Source: a virus
DNA: 64,000 bases
Strand: one strand, 5' to 3'
Virus record (IMG/VR): IMGVR_UViG_3300017963_007659
Location: 32,001-96,000 of that record
Made by a program: the position numbers and the translations under genes. The stretch's first letter is position 1, and every line of letters begins with the position of its first letter. A model generated the notes under the pieces. The model did no database searches and was not told the origin of the DNA. It worked only from the letters and a program-made list of their open reading frames with translations. This document shows positions 19,865 through 29,470 of the stretch, piece by piece.

Positions 19865-21382
19865 ATGGGCGATATCCAATTTGAGCACTTCAAGCGAACC
19901 CTTCAAGACGCCATCGCAGATGTCGACTTCGTTCGTAAGAATACGGTTTTCCAAGACACCACCTTCGCAACGCAGGTCTCGGAACGTATCACAAGTCTGA
20001 CGATGGATCAGAACGTCAAGGAGGATTGGCGCATTGAGTCAAACCAAGGTCTCCTGGATGCTGACATCCCGAACCGACGCCTTGCGTTCGACCCCAAGGG
20101 CTTCTCCATCGCGCTGAGTCGCTTCCGAGAGGGCACTGTAGACGAACCGGGACCAATCTGGCGTCGACCAGACCCTGTGACGGACGACATCTACTACCTT
20201 CTGTCAGACTTGAATCGTGGCGTCCTGATGCTTGGGCAGAATCTTGAAGTCATTCGCCTTTTCCCTGGCTATGGTCCTGACCTAGCTGGAAACCAAGAGT
20301 ATGAAGAGGTATCGTCAGCCATTGCGTTCACGATTGGCGCGCAAGAGTACGTCGCCATCGCCATGGTTGGGCACCACGTCATCAGTATCTACGAGTATCC
20401 TACAGGAACCTACGTCTCGACTATTGGAACGATCGACACTCCTGGGACACCTGACGGAGGCAACTTACTCGACAGCCCCGTCGACTTGGCATTCAATTCC
20501 GCGACGAACGAGCTTTGGGTTGCCTGTCGTGCTGGACAGCCGGTAGGGGCTACAGCTCCGAATGGTTTCCTAGCCACCTATGACCTGTCTATTCCTGCTG
20601 CGCCTGCTTGGTTGAACATCCCCTCTTACTACGAGACGGACGGCTCCCTACTTCACAGAGAGGTCAATCAGCCCTCTGGTCTTCTCATGGATGCGACTCT
20701 TAATGCTGTATGGGTCTCAAACGGAGGCTCCTCAGAGTTTGGAGCTATCGACAACACAAATGGTGTTCTGGTCAAGTTTTTCGAGGGACGCACTCTCAAC
20801 TATACTCTCTCCGGTCCAGGTTCACTGCGAATTCGAGACCTCGGAGCAGGCACTCGTTGGGTCTACGTCGCGAACACCAACTACGGTACCATCGAAGTCT
20901 TCGATATCATGTCACAGAAGCACCTTCACACCTATGGCTTCCGATCCACGGAGGACACCGCTGTTAGTCAGACGGAGTTCATCTTCGGATCCATCGGACA
21001 AGCTACCGGTGTTCAGCCAGACACCGTGACCATCGATGGTGTGACGACGGAAGTCATCGTCGTCTCTGACGCTCTGAATGGACGTGTCCAGAGAATCAAC
21101 GAAGAAGCCTACGACACCGACAACTACGTGAACTACGAGCCCCGCACCTTCACCGTTCCGCTTCATCTCATCGGTTGGGCAATCAGCGGGGATGTGCCAA
21201 CCGATCTTTGTACTGTCTACTACCGCAAGTCTTTAACGGAAGAATTCAGGGTACTTGACCCTGTGACCCATGTCCCTTACGGAGACTGGTTCCAATTTCG
21301 TCTTGCGGTACATTTAGACCGAGGTCGAGTAGTACGCCCTTGGTATATAAAAGAACTGGTAATTATTGGAGAACAGGTCTAA
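19865..21382 (+). CDS. NHL-repeat beta-propeller protein
   Basis: LDSPVDLAF....LWVA, NQPSGLL.D...VWVSNG, L.GPGSL.I...VYVANT.YGTIEVFD and QATGV...IVVSDALNGRVQRI are NHL-type blades. Confidence 0.75.
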   Translation: MGDIQFEHFKRTLQDAIADVDFVRKNTVFQDTTFATQVSERITSLTMDQNVKEDWRIESNQGLLDADIPNRRLAFDPKGFSIALSRFREGTVDEPGPIWRRPDPVTDDIYYLLSDLNRGVLMLGQNLEVIRLFPGYGPDLAGNQEYEEVSSAIAFTIGAQEYVAIAMVGHHVISIYEYPTGTYVSTIGTIDTPGTPDGGNLLDSPVDLAFNSATNELWVACRAGQPVGATAPNGFLATYDLSIPAAPAWLNIPSYYETDGSLLHREVNQPSGLLMDATLNAVWVSNGGSSEFGAIDNTNGVLVKFFEGRTLNYTLSGPGSLRIRDLGAGTRWVYVANTNYGTIEVFDIMSQKHLHTYGFRSTEDTAVSQTEFIFGSIGQATGVQPDTVTIDGVTTEVIVVSDALNGRVQRINEEAYDTDNYVNYEPRTFTVPLHLIGWAISGDVPTDLCTVYYRKSLTEEFRVLDPVTHVPYGDWFQFRLAVHLDRGRVVRPWYIKELVIIGEQV

Positions 21383-21387
21383 GACCG

Positions 21388-21633
21388 ATGGCTCTAGTAC
21401 ACCTCAGACAAGCTACAGTCCAGACCTCTGTGACTGTCAATACCCTTCAAGTTGTGTATGAAACCTATGATGTTCTAACGGATCCCTGCGTATTTGCCCA
21501 AGCTGACCAAACCAAGATTCTCGCCGATGCAGGGCTACCAGAAACACTGTCATGGGACTCATGTACAGTAGTTTCTCACTCCATCGTCGGGCGTACCAAC
21601 AGGTATGTGCTCGACGTTGTTGTGTCGGGTTAA
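21388..21633 (+). CDS. Hypothetical protein
   Basis: ATG 21388 (MALVHLRQ...), tightly packed between neighbours. Confidence 0.6.
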   Translation: MALVHLRQATVQTSVTVNTLQVVYETYDVLTDPCVFAQADQTKILADAGLPETLSWDSCTVVSHSIVGRTNRYVLDVVVSG

Positions 21634-21636
21634 TAA

Positions 21637-22188
21637 ATGGCACCTGATACGCTTCAAGGCGGATTCACCGCTGCTGCTCCAGATTCCTCTCAGTTTGAGG
21701 AAGATGACGACCGCGAAGTCACCGCCATCACAGCTCTAGAAATCGAAACGACCAAGACAAAAGAGACGTTGGCTCGAATGCGGGACTCGAATATCGCACA
21801 TCCAATCGCCTCTGCAGCAGGGAGGATGCCAACACCACCCCCCTCCTCGCTGACACCTGATGGCTCCTGGAACACCAGAGCCATCTACAACAACCATATC
21901 TTTGACATTGGAATGGCCCGAACTCTCTTCAAGGACCAGCCGCTACGCCTTGACCGAGCTATCGAACAGATAGTAAAGAGGATCGATGTTGTAACAAAGG
22001 TTAATATAACATTAATTGAGGGGGAACTCACAATCGTGTCGGACTCTTCTCGGCACCGTTCTTTGGAGGCTCCTGGTTTGGTGGTGGCATTCTCTCGCTA
22101 CACTACTGATTTCAGTACTGTAGAGCTGACGGCTACAAGCGAACGAACACGCCTCCTGATTATTGTCTGGAGAGAAGATGACGTCTAG
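21637..22188 (+). CDS. Hypothetical protein
   Basis: 183-aa ORF in the operon. Confidence 0.65.
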   Translation: MAPDTLQGGFTAAAPDSSQFEEDDDREVTAITALEIETTKTKETLARMRDSNIAHPIASAAGRMPTPPPSSLTPDGSWNTRAIYNNHIFDIGMARTLFKDQPLRLDRAIEQIVKRIDVVTKVNITLIEGELTIVSDSSRHRSLEAPGLVVAFSRYTTDFSTVELTATSERTRLLIIVWREDDV

Positions 22189-22807
22189 GTCGCGAAAACG
22201 CGACCAAAAACAGTCTGCTGGCAATAATTTAGGGAATTCCGATATGTCCGATATGGAGAAGTTTGCCCTACTGCTAGAGCAGCGTGACAAAATACAAGCG
22301 GAAGCTCGTAAGGCAAACGAAGCAGCACAACAAGAGGCGCAGAAACGTCTCATTCAGGTTCAGACGGACAGCACGCAGAATCTTGCTGACGTGGCGAACT
22401 CGCTCGCGAAGGTTCATGGGGCGCAGCAAGACGCGCACGACGTTCTAGGAGCTGTTGAGAAAGCTATCGTAGAACATGACAACGCGCTGAGACGCCATAT
22501 TGACGCTATGAAGCAACGAAACAAAGAACAAGACCGCGAGCGAGACAGACTCGAAACAACAGTCGTAGCAGGCTGCACAGGCTGCCAAGATACGCAGAAG
22601 ACAAGCTCTCTGGCAATCATCGAAGTCATGGGGAAGGTCGAAAGCGCGATCAAAGACCAAACCGCAGCGACCAATAAACTTGTAGAGAAGCAGGTCAGTC
22701 TAGGTAAGATTCTGGGCTCCATCATCACGGTATCTGGAGCTTTGGCGGTACTAATCGGGGCTATTCTGGCAATGATTAAGCTCTTCAGCAGCACACCTCC
22801 TTCCTGA
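22178..22807 (+). CDS. Coiled-coil protein with a C-terminal transmembrane helix (holin/antiholin-like)
   Basis: Long heptad region, then ILGSIITVSGALAVLIGAILAMI; adjacent to the holin. Confidence 0.55.
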   Translation: MTSRSRKRDQKQSAGNNLGNSDMSDMEKFALLLEQRDKIQAEARKANEAAQQEAQKRLIQVQTDSTQNLADVANSLAKVHGAQQDAHDVLGAVEKAIVEHDNALRRHIDAMKQRNKEQDRERDRLETTVVAGCTGCQDTQKTSSLAIIEVMGKVESAIKDQTAATNKLVEKQVSLGKILGSIITVSGALAVLIGAILAMIKLFSSTPPS

Positions 22808-22813
22808 TAGACA

Positions 22814-22821
22814 GGTTACCT
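22814..22821 (+). promoter_or_regulatory. Candidate late-promoter motif GGTTACCT
   Basis: Intergenic, before the holin gene. Confidence 0.45.
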
Positions 22822-22845
22822 TTCTGTGAAAAGGAGTCCTGTCAC

Positions 22846-23454
22846 ATGTCTAGAAACTTCCCCAAGATTCTCGGTCTCTTGACCTTCCCGGTCATCTTCC
22901 TGTTCTCCATGGTCGCATTTGGACAGCCTTGTCCAGATGTCGACGTTCAAGTAGTCAATGAAGCCGTTGCGCAGCAAGAATGGTGGATGGTGCTTCTCGA
23001 CGCGCTGCTCCAACTCGTAGCGCCCATCGTCATCGGTGTTTTGGGAACCTTGGCGAGCATCGCGATTCGTAAATGGGGGAAGAAGCTCGACGTAGACACG
23101 CAGGACCGCTTCATCGGTCTCACCCAAAACCTCATCTCTTCCGGCGTAGCTTTCGCGGAAGAGCAGGGACGCAAAGCGCTGAAGGTAGGGGAAGCGCAGA
23201 CAGATGGTGCACGGAAGCTCCAACACGCTGTGGACTACATCCAAGAGCAGCTTGAAGAGTCTCGACTCCCTCAGATGGGAACGGAGAAGCTCGAACGTCT
23301 CATTGAGTCCAGACTCCATGCAGAACGTGCGAATCCAACAGGCTCTGTCCCAAGCGACCCTTCAGACCCAGAAAACGTCTATACTATTGAACTTCCAGTT
23401 GAATCCACCACAGCGGAGACAACACCAGAACCAGAACAAACAGACGAGGAGTAA
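22846..23454 (+). CDS. Holin, LL-H family-like
   Basis: TM helix, then GVAFAEEQ...GARKLQHAVDYIQEQL...LERLIESRL, matching the LL-H AV..AEq...G.eK...A....IEa pattern. Confidence 0.7.
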   Translation: MSRNFPKILGLLTFPVIFLFSMVAFGQPCPDVDVQVVNEAVAQQEWWMVLLDALLQLVAPIVIGVLGTLASIAIRKWGKKLDVDTQDRFIGLTQNLISSGVAFAEEQGRKALKVGEAQTDGARKLQHAVDYIQEQLEESRLPQMGTEKLERLIESRLHAERANPTGSVPSDPSDPENVYTIELPVESTTAETTPEPEQTDEE

Positions 23455-23460
23455 TCGTCA

Positions 23461-24024
23461 ATGTCTACAAGAATGACATCAGCCAAGGACGAGCTTCTGC
23501 TTGACCTCACTATGGAAACCGCTACTGTGCTAAGAGAAGTCCGTGAGTCTCTAGAGCAGGAGTATGATGGCAAAGTAGCGTCAGTGAACGCACAGATTCT
23601 TGAAGCGGAAAAGACCGCTGCTTCGTCAGCCATCGAGAAGCTGATCAAGAAGCATCCAGGGGCATGCAAAGTCTTCTCTGGAGGAGGAGGAGGAATAAAG
23701 GGGCTGGCGAAGAAAGCCAAGAAGCTCAAGAATGCCGTCCAGAAGATGGACTCCAAGACGGAGAAAGAACGAAAGACAGCAGGAGCAGTCGTACTGACAA
23801 CCATACTTTTTTTCGCTGGTTATCCCTTAGCGGGGTTTACTGGACCATGGCTCGCGGACGCGAATTGGAAAATCCTCAAGTGGCAAGGCAAGCAAGTCTA
23901 CAAAGCTATGGACTGGCTGCTCAAGAATGCAGAGGATGTGGGCAGTGGGATCAAAGACCTGTGCAAGGATGTCAAACCCGCGCTTCCAGACAAGATGGAG
24001 AAGGTCATGAAAGAGTCCAAGTAG
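23461..24024 (+). CDS. Hypothetical protein with a hydrophobic segment
   Basis: 187 aa, Lys-rich, with AVVLTTILFFAGYPLAGF. Confidence 0.6.
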   Translation: MSTRMTSAKDELLLDLTMETATVLREVRESLEQEYDGKVASVNAQILEAEKTAASSAIEKLIKKHPGACKVFSGGGGGIKGLAKKAKKLKNAVQKMDSKTEKERKTAGAVVLTTILFFAGYPLAGFTGPWLADANWKILKWQGKQVYKAMDWLLKNAEDVGSGIKDLCKDVKPALPDKMEKVMKESK

Positions 24025-24043
24025 GATGCCACTTATTGAGTGT

Positions 24044-24051
24044 GGTTATCT
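24044..24051 (+). promoter_or_regulatory. Candidate late-promoter motif GGTTATCT
   Basis: Intergenic, upstream of 24074. Confidence 0.45.
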
Positions 24052-24073
24052 TTGTGTGTAGTGAGATAATGAT

Positions 24074-24394
24074 ATGATAGCCCTACTCATTTGGACGAAG
24101 ATCAAACTTGTTCTAAAGAAGTATTGGATCTTCTTTGTATCCGGACTTCTTGCAGTTCTATCAGTTCTAGCTTGGGTCTTCATGCGCCCCTCAAAGAAAC
24201 CCATCCACATCGTAGTGAAGGATAAACGAGAGGAAACACACCGAAAACTCGCAGAAGCTGAAGCAAAAGCTGCTATCGAGATTGGACGGGCACAGGGTAG
24301 AGAAGAAGCGGTTCAAATAGAGGTTGAGAACATCAGGCAGGAACCGGATAGCCGGAAACGGCGTGAGCGTCTTGCAGCTCTTTTAGCGAGGTAG
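24074..24394 (+). CDS. Membrane-anchored coiled-coil protein (i-spanin-like)
   Basis: N-terminal TM helix followed by a helical periplasmic-type segment; near the holin. Confidence 0.5.
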   Translation: MIALLIWTKIKLVLKKYWIFFVSGLLAVLSVLAWVFMRPSKKPIHIVVKDKREETHRKLAEAEAKAAIEIGRAQGREEAVQIEVENIRQEPDSRKRRERLAALLAR

Positions 24395-24399
24395 TCATC

Positions 24400-24672
24400 A
24401 TGACAGATACACAACGAAGAGACGCAGGACTATGGGAAGACCTTGGAGGTAAGGGGTCTACCTCCGTTGCTGCTCCTGTCAAAGCTCAGCCAAACGGGAA
24501 TGCCGACGACCTAGCTCCTGTGCGCCCCTTTGAGGGCAATGATACCCCCAATCTCATGCGACTCTATCGTGCTCTGATGACAGTGAGTCGACATGGTCCT
24601 TTGACATCGCAACCAGCTCGTCTGCTCGTCAAGCTCATCCAAGAGCTACTGCAACGAGGCGAAAAGATATGA
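24400..24672 (+). CDS. Hypothetical protein
   Basis: 90 aa, ATGA-coupled to the next gene. Confidence 0.6.
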   Translation: MTDTQRRDAGLWEDLGGKGSTSVAAPVKAQPNGNADDLAPVRPFEGNDTPNLMRLYRALMTVSRHGPLTSQPARLLVKLIQELLQRGEKI

Positions 24673-25148
24673 AACTGCTACAGTGGACAACCATCATCGG
24701 GGTCCTCATTCTCCTCCCTACCATCTGTAGGGCAGAAGAGGACACGAGTACTGTCAGTGCATCTCCCTATGAGGAGGCACCGCAGTTCAACCCGATTCCT
24801 CTGGATGAAGGAGAAGCCGCTCCCTTAGATGGGCTACTGATTGACGAGCGTACAGGAATGGAGCTAGCTCTCCTACGAGCGAGCGACCTTCGCCTGAGAA
24901 CGGAACTTGAAGTACGTCTGGACCTTTGGGAAGAGCAGGAGACCATTTACGAAAATGCTCTTGCAAGCCTTCAGAGCCAAGTAGAGACGTTGACGACGGA
25001 GCTGGCAGGGAGAGAGCCTTCGTGGTGGAATCGCTACGGAGGAGTGGTCCTAGGCACCATAGGATTTGTGGTGGGGGCTGCTGTAACGATTCTTGTAGCA
25101 TGGGCTGTAGCTGAAGCAGTTACCCCTGATACTGTAACAGCAGAGTGA
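24669..25148 (+). CDS. Exported coiled-coil protein with a C-terminal TM helix (spanin-like)
   Basis: Signal peptide ending ...LPTICRA, heptads, WW motif and a C-terminal hydrophobic helix. Confidence 0.5.
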   Translation: MKLLQWTTIIGVLILLPTICRAEEDTSTVSASPYEEAPQFNPIPLDEGEAAPLDGLLIDERTGMELALLRASDLRLRTELEVRLDLWEEQETIYENALASLQSQVETLTTELAGREPSWWNRYGGVVLGTIGFVVGAAVTILVAWAVAEAVTPDTVTAE

Positions 25149-25158
25149 AGGACCACTA

Positions 25159-25959
25159 ATGGCAACTACAGTCGAACTCACGATCTTGACGAGAGGGTGG
25201 CTATATATAGGGAGTTCCTACAAGATTGCCCCTCAGAAGTCCCTTGTCCTCGTGATGACAAAGGTGCTTCGTGATGAGGAATTGGCATACCTTGTCTACA
25301 GGTTCGCAGAAGAAGGAAAGCTCTTTGGACGTTTGGATGGCGCGCTCGTACCTCCCTTGGATTTGCTCCTCGAATTCACGGACCCCATGTCCACTTCGAG
25401 GGGTACAGAGTTTCCTCCAGATGCTCCGATTGGGAAGTTTTTCTTCAGGACAGACCTCGGTCCTGCTGGCGAGATGTATCTTCGGAACAATACTGGATGG
25501 CTGAACCTGACGCCTACACCTATCGCGCACGGAGCTACACACCTTCCCATCGCTTTTGGCGGGACGGATCCTATTCCTGGTTTGGAGAGGCTCCAAGACA
25601 CCTACGCCTGTACGCTAGCCGAAACGGTACTCGACCTTGTCTACCAATCGGCTGGAAATACCGTTGAGCGTGCCGACGCTTCGGGCCTAGCAACTATGCC
25701 CTCTATAGGATTCATTGAGAGCAAAGGGACACCAACATCGTGTCTTGTGACTACGAGTGGTATCCTTTCTGGCTTCTTGGTTAAATATGCAGGAGGGGGT
25801 GGTTTGTCTCCGGATACAACGTACTATGCAGACCCATTGAATCCGGGGTTAATTACGAATGTACCCCCTGTAGTACCGGGACAAGTTTTCCAGCGTATTG
25901 GCTACGCTAAGAACACTGATGAGCTGTTGGTTGAGATCGACGCTCACATTCTCTTGTAG
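25159..25959 (+). CDS. Capsid decoration/fibre-base protein (DUF2190-like C-domain)
   Basis: ERADAS..TMPSIG...V...G...YYADP..PG.IT..PP...Q.IGYA fits the cement-domain pattern. Confidence 0.6.
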   Translation: MATTVELTILTRGWLYIGSSYKIAPQKSLVLVMTKVLRDEELAYLVYRFAEEGKLFGRLDGALVPPLDLLLEFTDPMSTSRGTEFPPDAPIGKFFFRTDLGPAGEMYLRNNTGWLNLTPTPIAHGATHLPIAFGGTDPIPGLERLQDTYACTLAETVLDLVYQSAGNTVERADASGLATMPSIGFIESKGTPTSCLVTTSGILSGFLVKYAGGGGLSPDTTYYADPLNPGLITNVPPVVPGQVFQRIGYAKNTDELLVEIDAHILL

Positions 25960-25970
25960 AGGAGAGAGAC

Positions 25971-26240
25971 ATGCCACGACCTTTTCCAGTTCTTTCGTCC
26001 GCTGATAAAGCTGCCCATGCCGCTGAGACCTTCACAGCGACGTTCAGATACATTGGAACGAATCCTCCCATTGCAGCAACCGGGAAATACATCATGAAGT
26101 GTACGGGTTATGACGGGACACTACATGAGATTGAGCATGGAACTGAGAACTTTGAGGTCACAGACCCAAGAGTCGCTCGCTGCTTGGAGCTGCACATCGA
26201 CTACTTCACCAAAGAGCTAGACTACGAGCGCGTGGTCTAA
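25971..26240 (+). CDS. Hypothetical protein
   Basis: 89 aa; GGAG SD. Confidence 0.65.
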   Translation: MPRPFPVLSSADKAAHAAETFTATFRYIGTNPPIAATGKYIMKCTGYDGTLHEIEHGTENFEVTDPRVARCLELHIDYFTKELDYERVV

Positions 26241-26249
26241 GAGGCTATC

Positions 26250-26552
26250 ATGACGAAAGTGAAGATGGAGTATAGAGGAGAATCAAAAAGGGTGAAACTC
26301 CCTTCTGGCTTGCACACCGCAGATCGAACCGAGATGTTCATGGTAGCCGACGTAAAAACCGGCGACATAGCAGAATTTGAGGACGAACGAACCCTTCAGT
26401 TCGTCAAACTTGCTCGCTGTCAAGATGGATCCAGTGCTTGGGTCAATATCGCTAGTGCAGCGGATGTAACTGTCACATTTACACCCATTCAACCGAAAGC
26501 CCCAAGTCGGCGCACGTCCTGGAAATCACGTGGCGGACGGGCGAAGAAGTAA
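26250..26552 (+). CDS. Hypothetical protein
   Basis: 100 aa; GAGG SD; basic tail. Confidence 0.65.
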   Translation: MTKVKMEYRGESKRVKLPSGLHTADRTEMFMVADVKTGDIAEFEDERTLQFVKLARCQDGSSAWVNIASAADVTVTFTPIQPKAPSRRTSWKSRGGRAKK

Positions 26553-26565
26553 AGGAGACTGACCC

Positions 26566-28695
26566 GTGGCAGATTATCCCCCCCTGGTACTCGTCGCTGG
26601 TGTCCGACAGCAACTCCAAGCTGCCGACACGGTGCTGGCGAATGGAATCACTGCGAGAACAGGTACAAACCTGGCTCTTACTGCGGATGGTGGACAACTC
26701 GTTACCATCCCCGCTAACGTTGACCTCCAGTTTGGTGCTGTAGATAGTCAGATTGGTAGTGCTGGTGCGCTGATCGAAGTTCAGAACCTTCTGGACAAGA
26801 CCGATGCCGAGACTATCACAGGTGCATGGACCTACAACAACAACATCGCGTTTGACAATGGTACCCGTACTATTGCTGGTATCCAGAATCAGAACCTCGT
26901 CGACAAGACGGCTGCTGAAACCATTACCCAGGGAGTGGGTGACTCATGGAACTTCATCTCCTCTGGAGATAATACGAGTCCCAACCTCTCCGTGCAGGCG
27001 ACAGCAGCACAGGAAGCCTCAACCAACCGCGTCCTCTTCCAGGTTCTCGCGAGTGGTGGTGGCAACCTCTTCTCCGTCGACTCCGAAGGTGACGTGCAGG
27101 TTGCTGGTTCCGAGACCGTCTCCGGTGCGAGCACGGTTGTTGGTACAGCCAACTTCCAAGGCGACGTCAACCTCGGTAACGGTGGTGACGCCATCGCTAT
27201 CGGTTCCGGTCCAACGGATACCGTAACTTTCGGTGGCCCGATCACCATCACGATTCCGGATACCGAGAACTGGACCGCGATCACCATCGACAACAACGAC
27301 TCGACCAATGAGCCGGATGCTTTCCGTGTTCATGGTGCGAACACCGACACCATCCGCGTCGATTACGACGAGGTTGAGGTCAACACCACGGCGGGTGACT
27401 TCGATGTCAACTCCGGTGGTGCCATCACGATGGACGCAGCGAGTGCCTCAAACCTGACGGTCACAGGTGCCACGCTGACTCTCGCAAATACTGGCGCAAA
27501 TGAACTGGACATCACCTCTGGTGGTCTCTTGGACATTAACGCTGGAGCGAACCTCGACGTGGACGCCACTGGAACCATGGCGTTCAACTCGACAGACACC
27601 ACGAACCTCACCATGCTAGCGTCAGATGCTGCCACGAAGACTTTGACCATCGCAGCAAACAACGCCATTGGTGACGCGGTCCTAGCCCTCTCGTCCAACG
27701 CGGGTGCAGGCTCTGCTATTACCTTGGACACAGGCGCAGCCGACATCGATATCACAGCGGCTTCTGGTACTGTGGACATCGACGCTGGAGTAAGTGTTCA
27801 GATCGACTCGACGGGGGGTCTGGTAGACATTGGTGGTGGTAACATCACTCTCGACGCCACCGTCGGAATCTCCCTCGACGCAGGCGGTGCCTCGAACTTC
27901 ACCGTCACCGGTAACACGCTGACCCTCTCCAACACAGGTGCCAATGAGTTGGACATCACCTCTGGTGGTCTCCTGGATATCAATGCGGGTGCAAACCTCG
28001 ACATCGACGTCACTGGCTCCTTCGATATGCTCGCTTCAACCACCTTCGCCATCTCCGGTACTGGCGCTTCTTCGGTGAACGCTACCTCGGGTACACTCAC
28101 TCTGTCAAGCACCACGTCTGGAGACGTCGCTGTTGACTCGGCAGCCGAGATCCTGTTTGACGATACGAACCGCTCTGGTTCTACGTGGGCAGCCACTTCG
28201 GTGAAGCTCACAGAGACCACTGGTGAGTGGGATACCTACGAGTCGAACTTCGGAGAGGTCTCCATCTTCAACGCTCTCAACCAGGCGTACTCCGCTGCTG
28301 GTGGAGCGGTGCAAGAGGTTCTGCTTCAGTCTCTCACGACGGCGGGTATGGCTGCTGGCGATATCGCCTATCTGTCTGCCAATGACACTGTTCTGCAAGC
28401 TGACGCTGACAGCACTTTGGGCGTAGCGAGAGCGATGGGTGTCTACAATGGAACCGCTCGAGAGGTCGTAATTCAGGGGCGCGTTGACGTGACTTTGAAT
28501 GACGGGGTTACTCCCAGCGCGGGTGCCCCCATCTACGTGTCCACTGTAGCTGGACGCGGTACGGCTACGGCTCCTTCTGGGTCTGGTGAGTATGTCACCT
28601 GCATCGGTTATGTCGTCGACAACACCGGCTACGCTGCTACCCCTGGTAACACCGTAGAGATTCTCCTTGGAATCGAGCGACCTGTCCTCGTCTAA
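26566..28695 (+). CDS. Head/tail fibre protein with a DUF2190-like C-terminal domain
   Basis: GTG start with AAGGAG SD; G/T/A/D-rich beta repeats, an internal ~45-aa duplication, and a C-terminal GDIAYL...ADA...A.G...V.QG...G.PIYVS...IGY. Confidence 0.7.
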   Translation: MADYPPLVLVAGVRQQLQAADTVLANGITARTGTNLALTADGGQLVTIPANVDLQFGAVDSQIGSAGALIEVQNLLDKTDAETITGAWTYNNNIAFDNGTRTIAGIQNQNLVDKTAAETITQGVGDSWNFISSGDNTSPNLSVQATAAQEASTNRVLFQVLASGGGNLFSVDSEGDVQVAGSETVSGASTVVGTANFQGDVNLGNGGDAIAIGSGPTDTVTFGGPITITIPDTENWTAITIDNNDSTNEPDAFRVHGANTDTIRVDYDEVEVNTTAGDFDVNSGGAITMDAASASNLTVTGATLTLANTGANELDITSGGLLDINAGANLDVDATGTMAFNSTDTTNLTMLASDAATKTLTIAANNAIGDAVLALSSNAGAGSAITLDTGAADIDITAASGTVDIDAGVSVQIDSTGGLVDIGGGNITLDATVGISLDAGGASNFTVTGNTLTLSNTGANELDITSGGLLDINAGANLDIDVTGSFDMLASTTFAISGTGASSVNATSGTLTLSSTTSGDVAVDSAAEILFDDTNRSGSTWAATSVKLTETTGEWDTYESNFGEVSIFNALNQAYSAAGGAVQEVLLQSLTTAGMAAGDIAYLSANDTVLQADADSTLGVARAMGVYNGTAREVVIQGRVDVTLNDGVTPSAGAPIYVSTVAGRGTATAPSGSGEYVTCIGYVVDNTGYAATPGNTVEILLGIERPVLV

Positions 28696-28734
28696 ACCAA
28701 CCCAGCCCTTACCTCCCAACACTTCAAGAATATT

Positions 28735-28740
28735 GGTTAT
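28735..28740 (+). promoter_or_regulatory. Candidate late-promoter motif GGTTAT
   Basis: Intergenic, after a C-rich tract. Confidence 0.35.
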
Positions 28741-28824
28741 CCTTTCTACAAGAGACTGATACCTCTGTCTCAAACTGGATTAGTCAATGTATGTTGACTG
28801 GTAGAAACTCAGGAAAGGAAGCCT

Positions 28825-29211
28825 ATGTCCAGCAAAAGTTCTAAGAATTCCCGTACAGCCTCCAAGAAGTCGGCAACTGCCACCCCCAAGGTAGGCTTCC
28901 CGAAGAGAATCGACCTCAAAGCGGACCATCTCAAACTTCTCCGCGAGATCAATGGCAAGGAAAAGCAAGCGCTAGATATGGTAGCTCAAGCCTACTTGCG
29001 CATCCGTCAACTCAACCAACAGATAGAAAAGCTGGAACGAGACATCATCTCCCCTCAAGAGCAAGAAGTCTACCGCAAGAGGAATCGACTGATCGAAATT
29101 GGCCAATCTTTCATGGACTTCTACGAGCTTCCCCAGAAGGACGGATTCACATGGCAGCTCACAATCGATGAAGGTGCCTGGATTCTCGTTCCCCTCGATC
29201 AAAATCAGTAA
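28825..29211 (+). CDS. Coiled-coil hypothetical protein
   Basis: 128 aa; GGAAAGG SD. Confidence 0.7.
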   Translation: MSSKSSKNSRTASKKSATATPKVGFPKRIDLKADHLKLLREINGKEKQALDMVAQAYLRIRQLNQQIEKLERDIISPQEQEVYRKRNRLIEIGQSFMDFYELPQKDGFTWQLTIDEGAWILVPLDQNQ

Positions 29212-29215
29212 AATT

Positions 29216-29225
29216 CTGGTCAAAG
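29216..29225 (+). promoter_or_regulatory. Candidate middle-promoter motif CTGGTCAAAG
   Basis: One mismatch to the consensus, A-tract upstream, intergenic. Confidence 0.55.
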
Positions 29226-29241
29226 TATAAGGAGAGTAGCC

Positions 29242-29430
29242 ATGCAGGCACAGGAGACAGACTTCTTCGATTGGTTCGATGCCCTTGAAGAAGAGCTTGG
29301 GAAGTTCAATGGTTCTGATGAGAAGCGCGGAGAGACAGCAGGTCTCCTCCTTATCGATGAAGCGAACTTCATGAGCAGAAACAAAAAAAGTCGAGGAGAT
29401 CTCCTCTTAAACCGATCGGGGTTACTTTAA
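29242..29430 (+). CDS. Small hypothetical protein
   Basis: 62 aa; AAGGAG SD. Confidence 0.55.
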   Translation: MQAQETDFFDWFDALEEELGKFNGSDEKRGETAGLLLIDEANFMSRNKKSRGDLLLNRSGLL

Positions 29431-29470
29431 TAACAGGTTGGGACACTTGTCTCAACTATGGAGATAGAGG

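Noticed and set aside
27440-28020. Duplicated segment in the 26566 fibre as a DGR template/variable repeat pair
   Set aside because: The differences are mostly synonymous and not adenine-specific, both copies are in frame in one gene, and there is no reverse transcriptase in the window
29436-29457. 8-bp hairpin GTTGGGAC-actt-GTCTCAAC as an intrinsic terminator
   Set aside because: No U-tract follows, and it sits in a leader just before an RBS; its role is unclear
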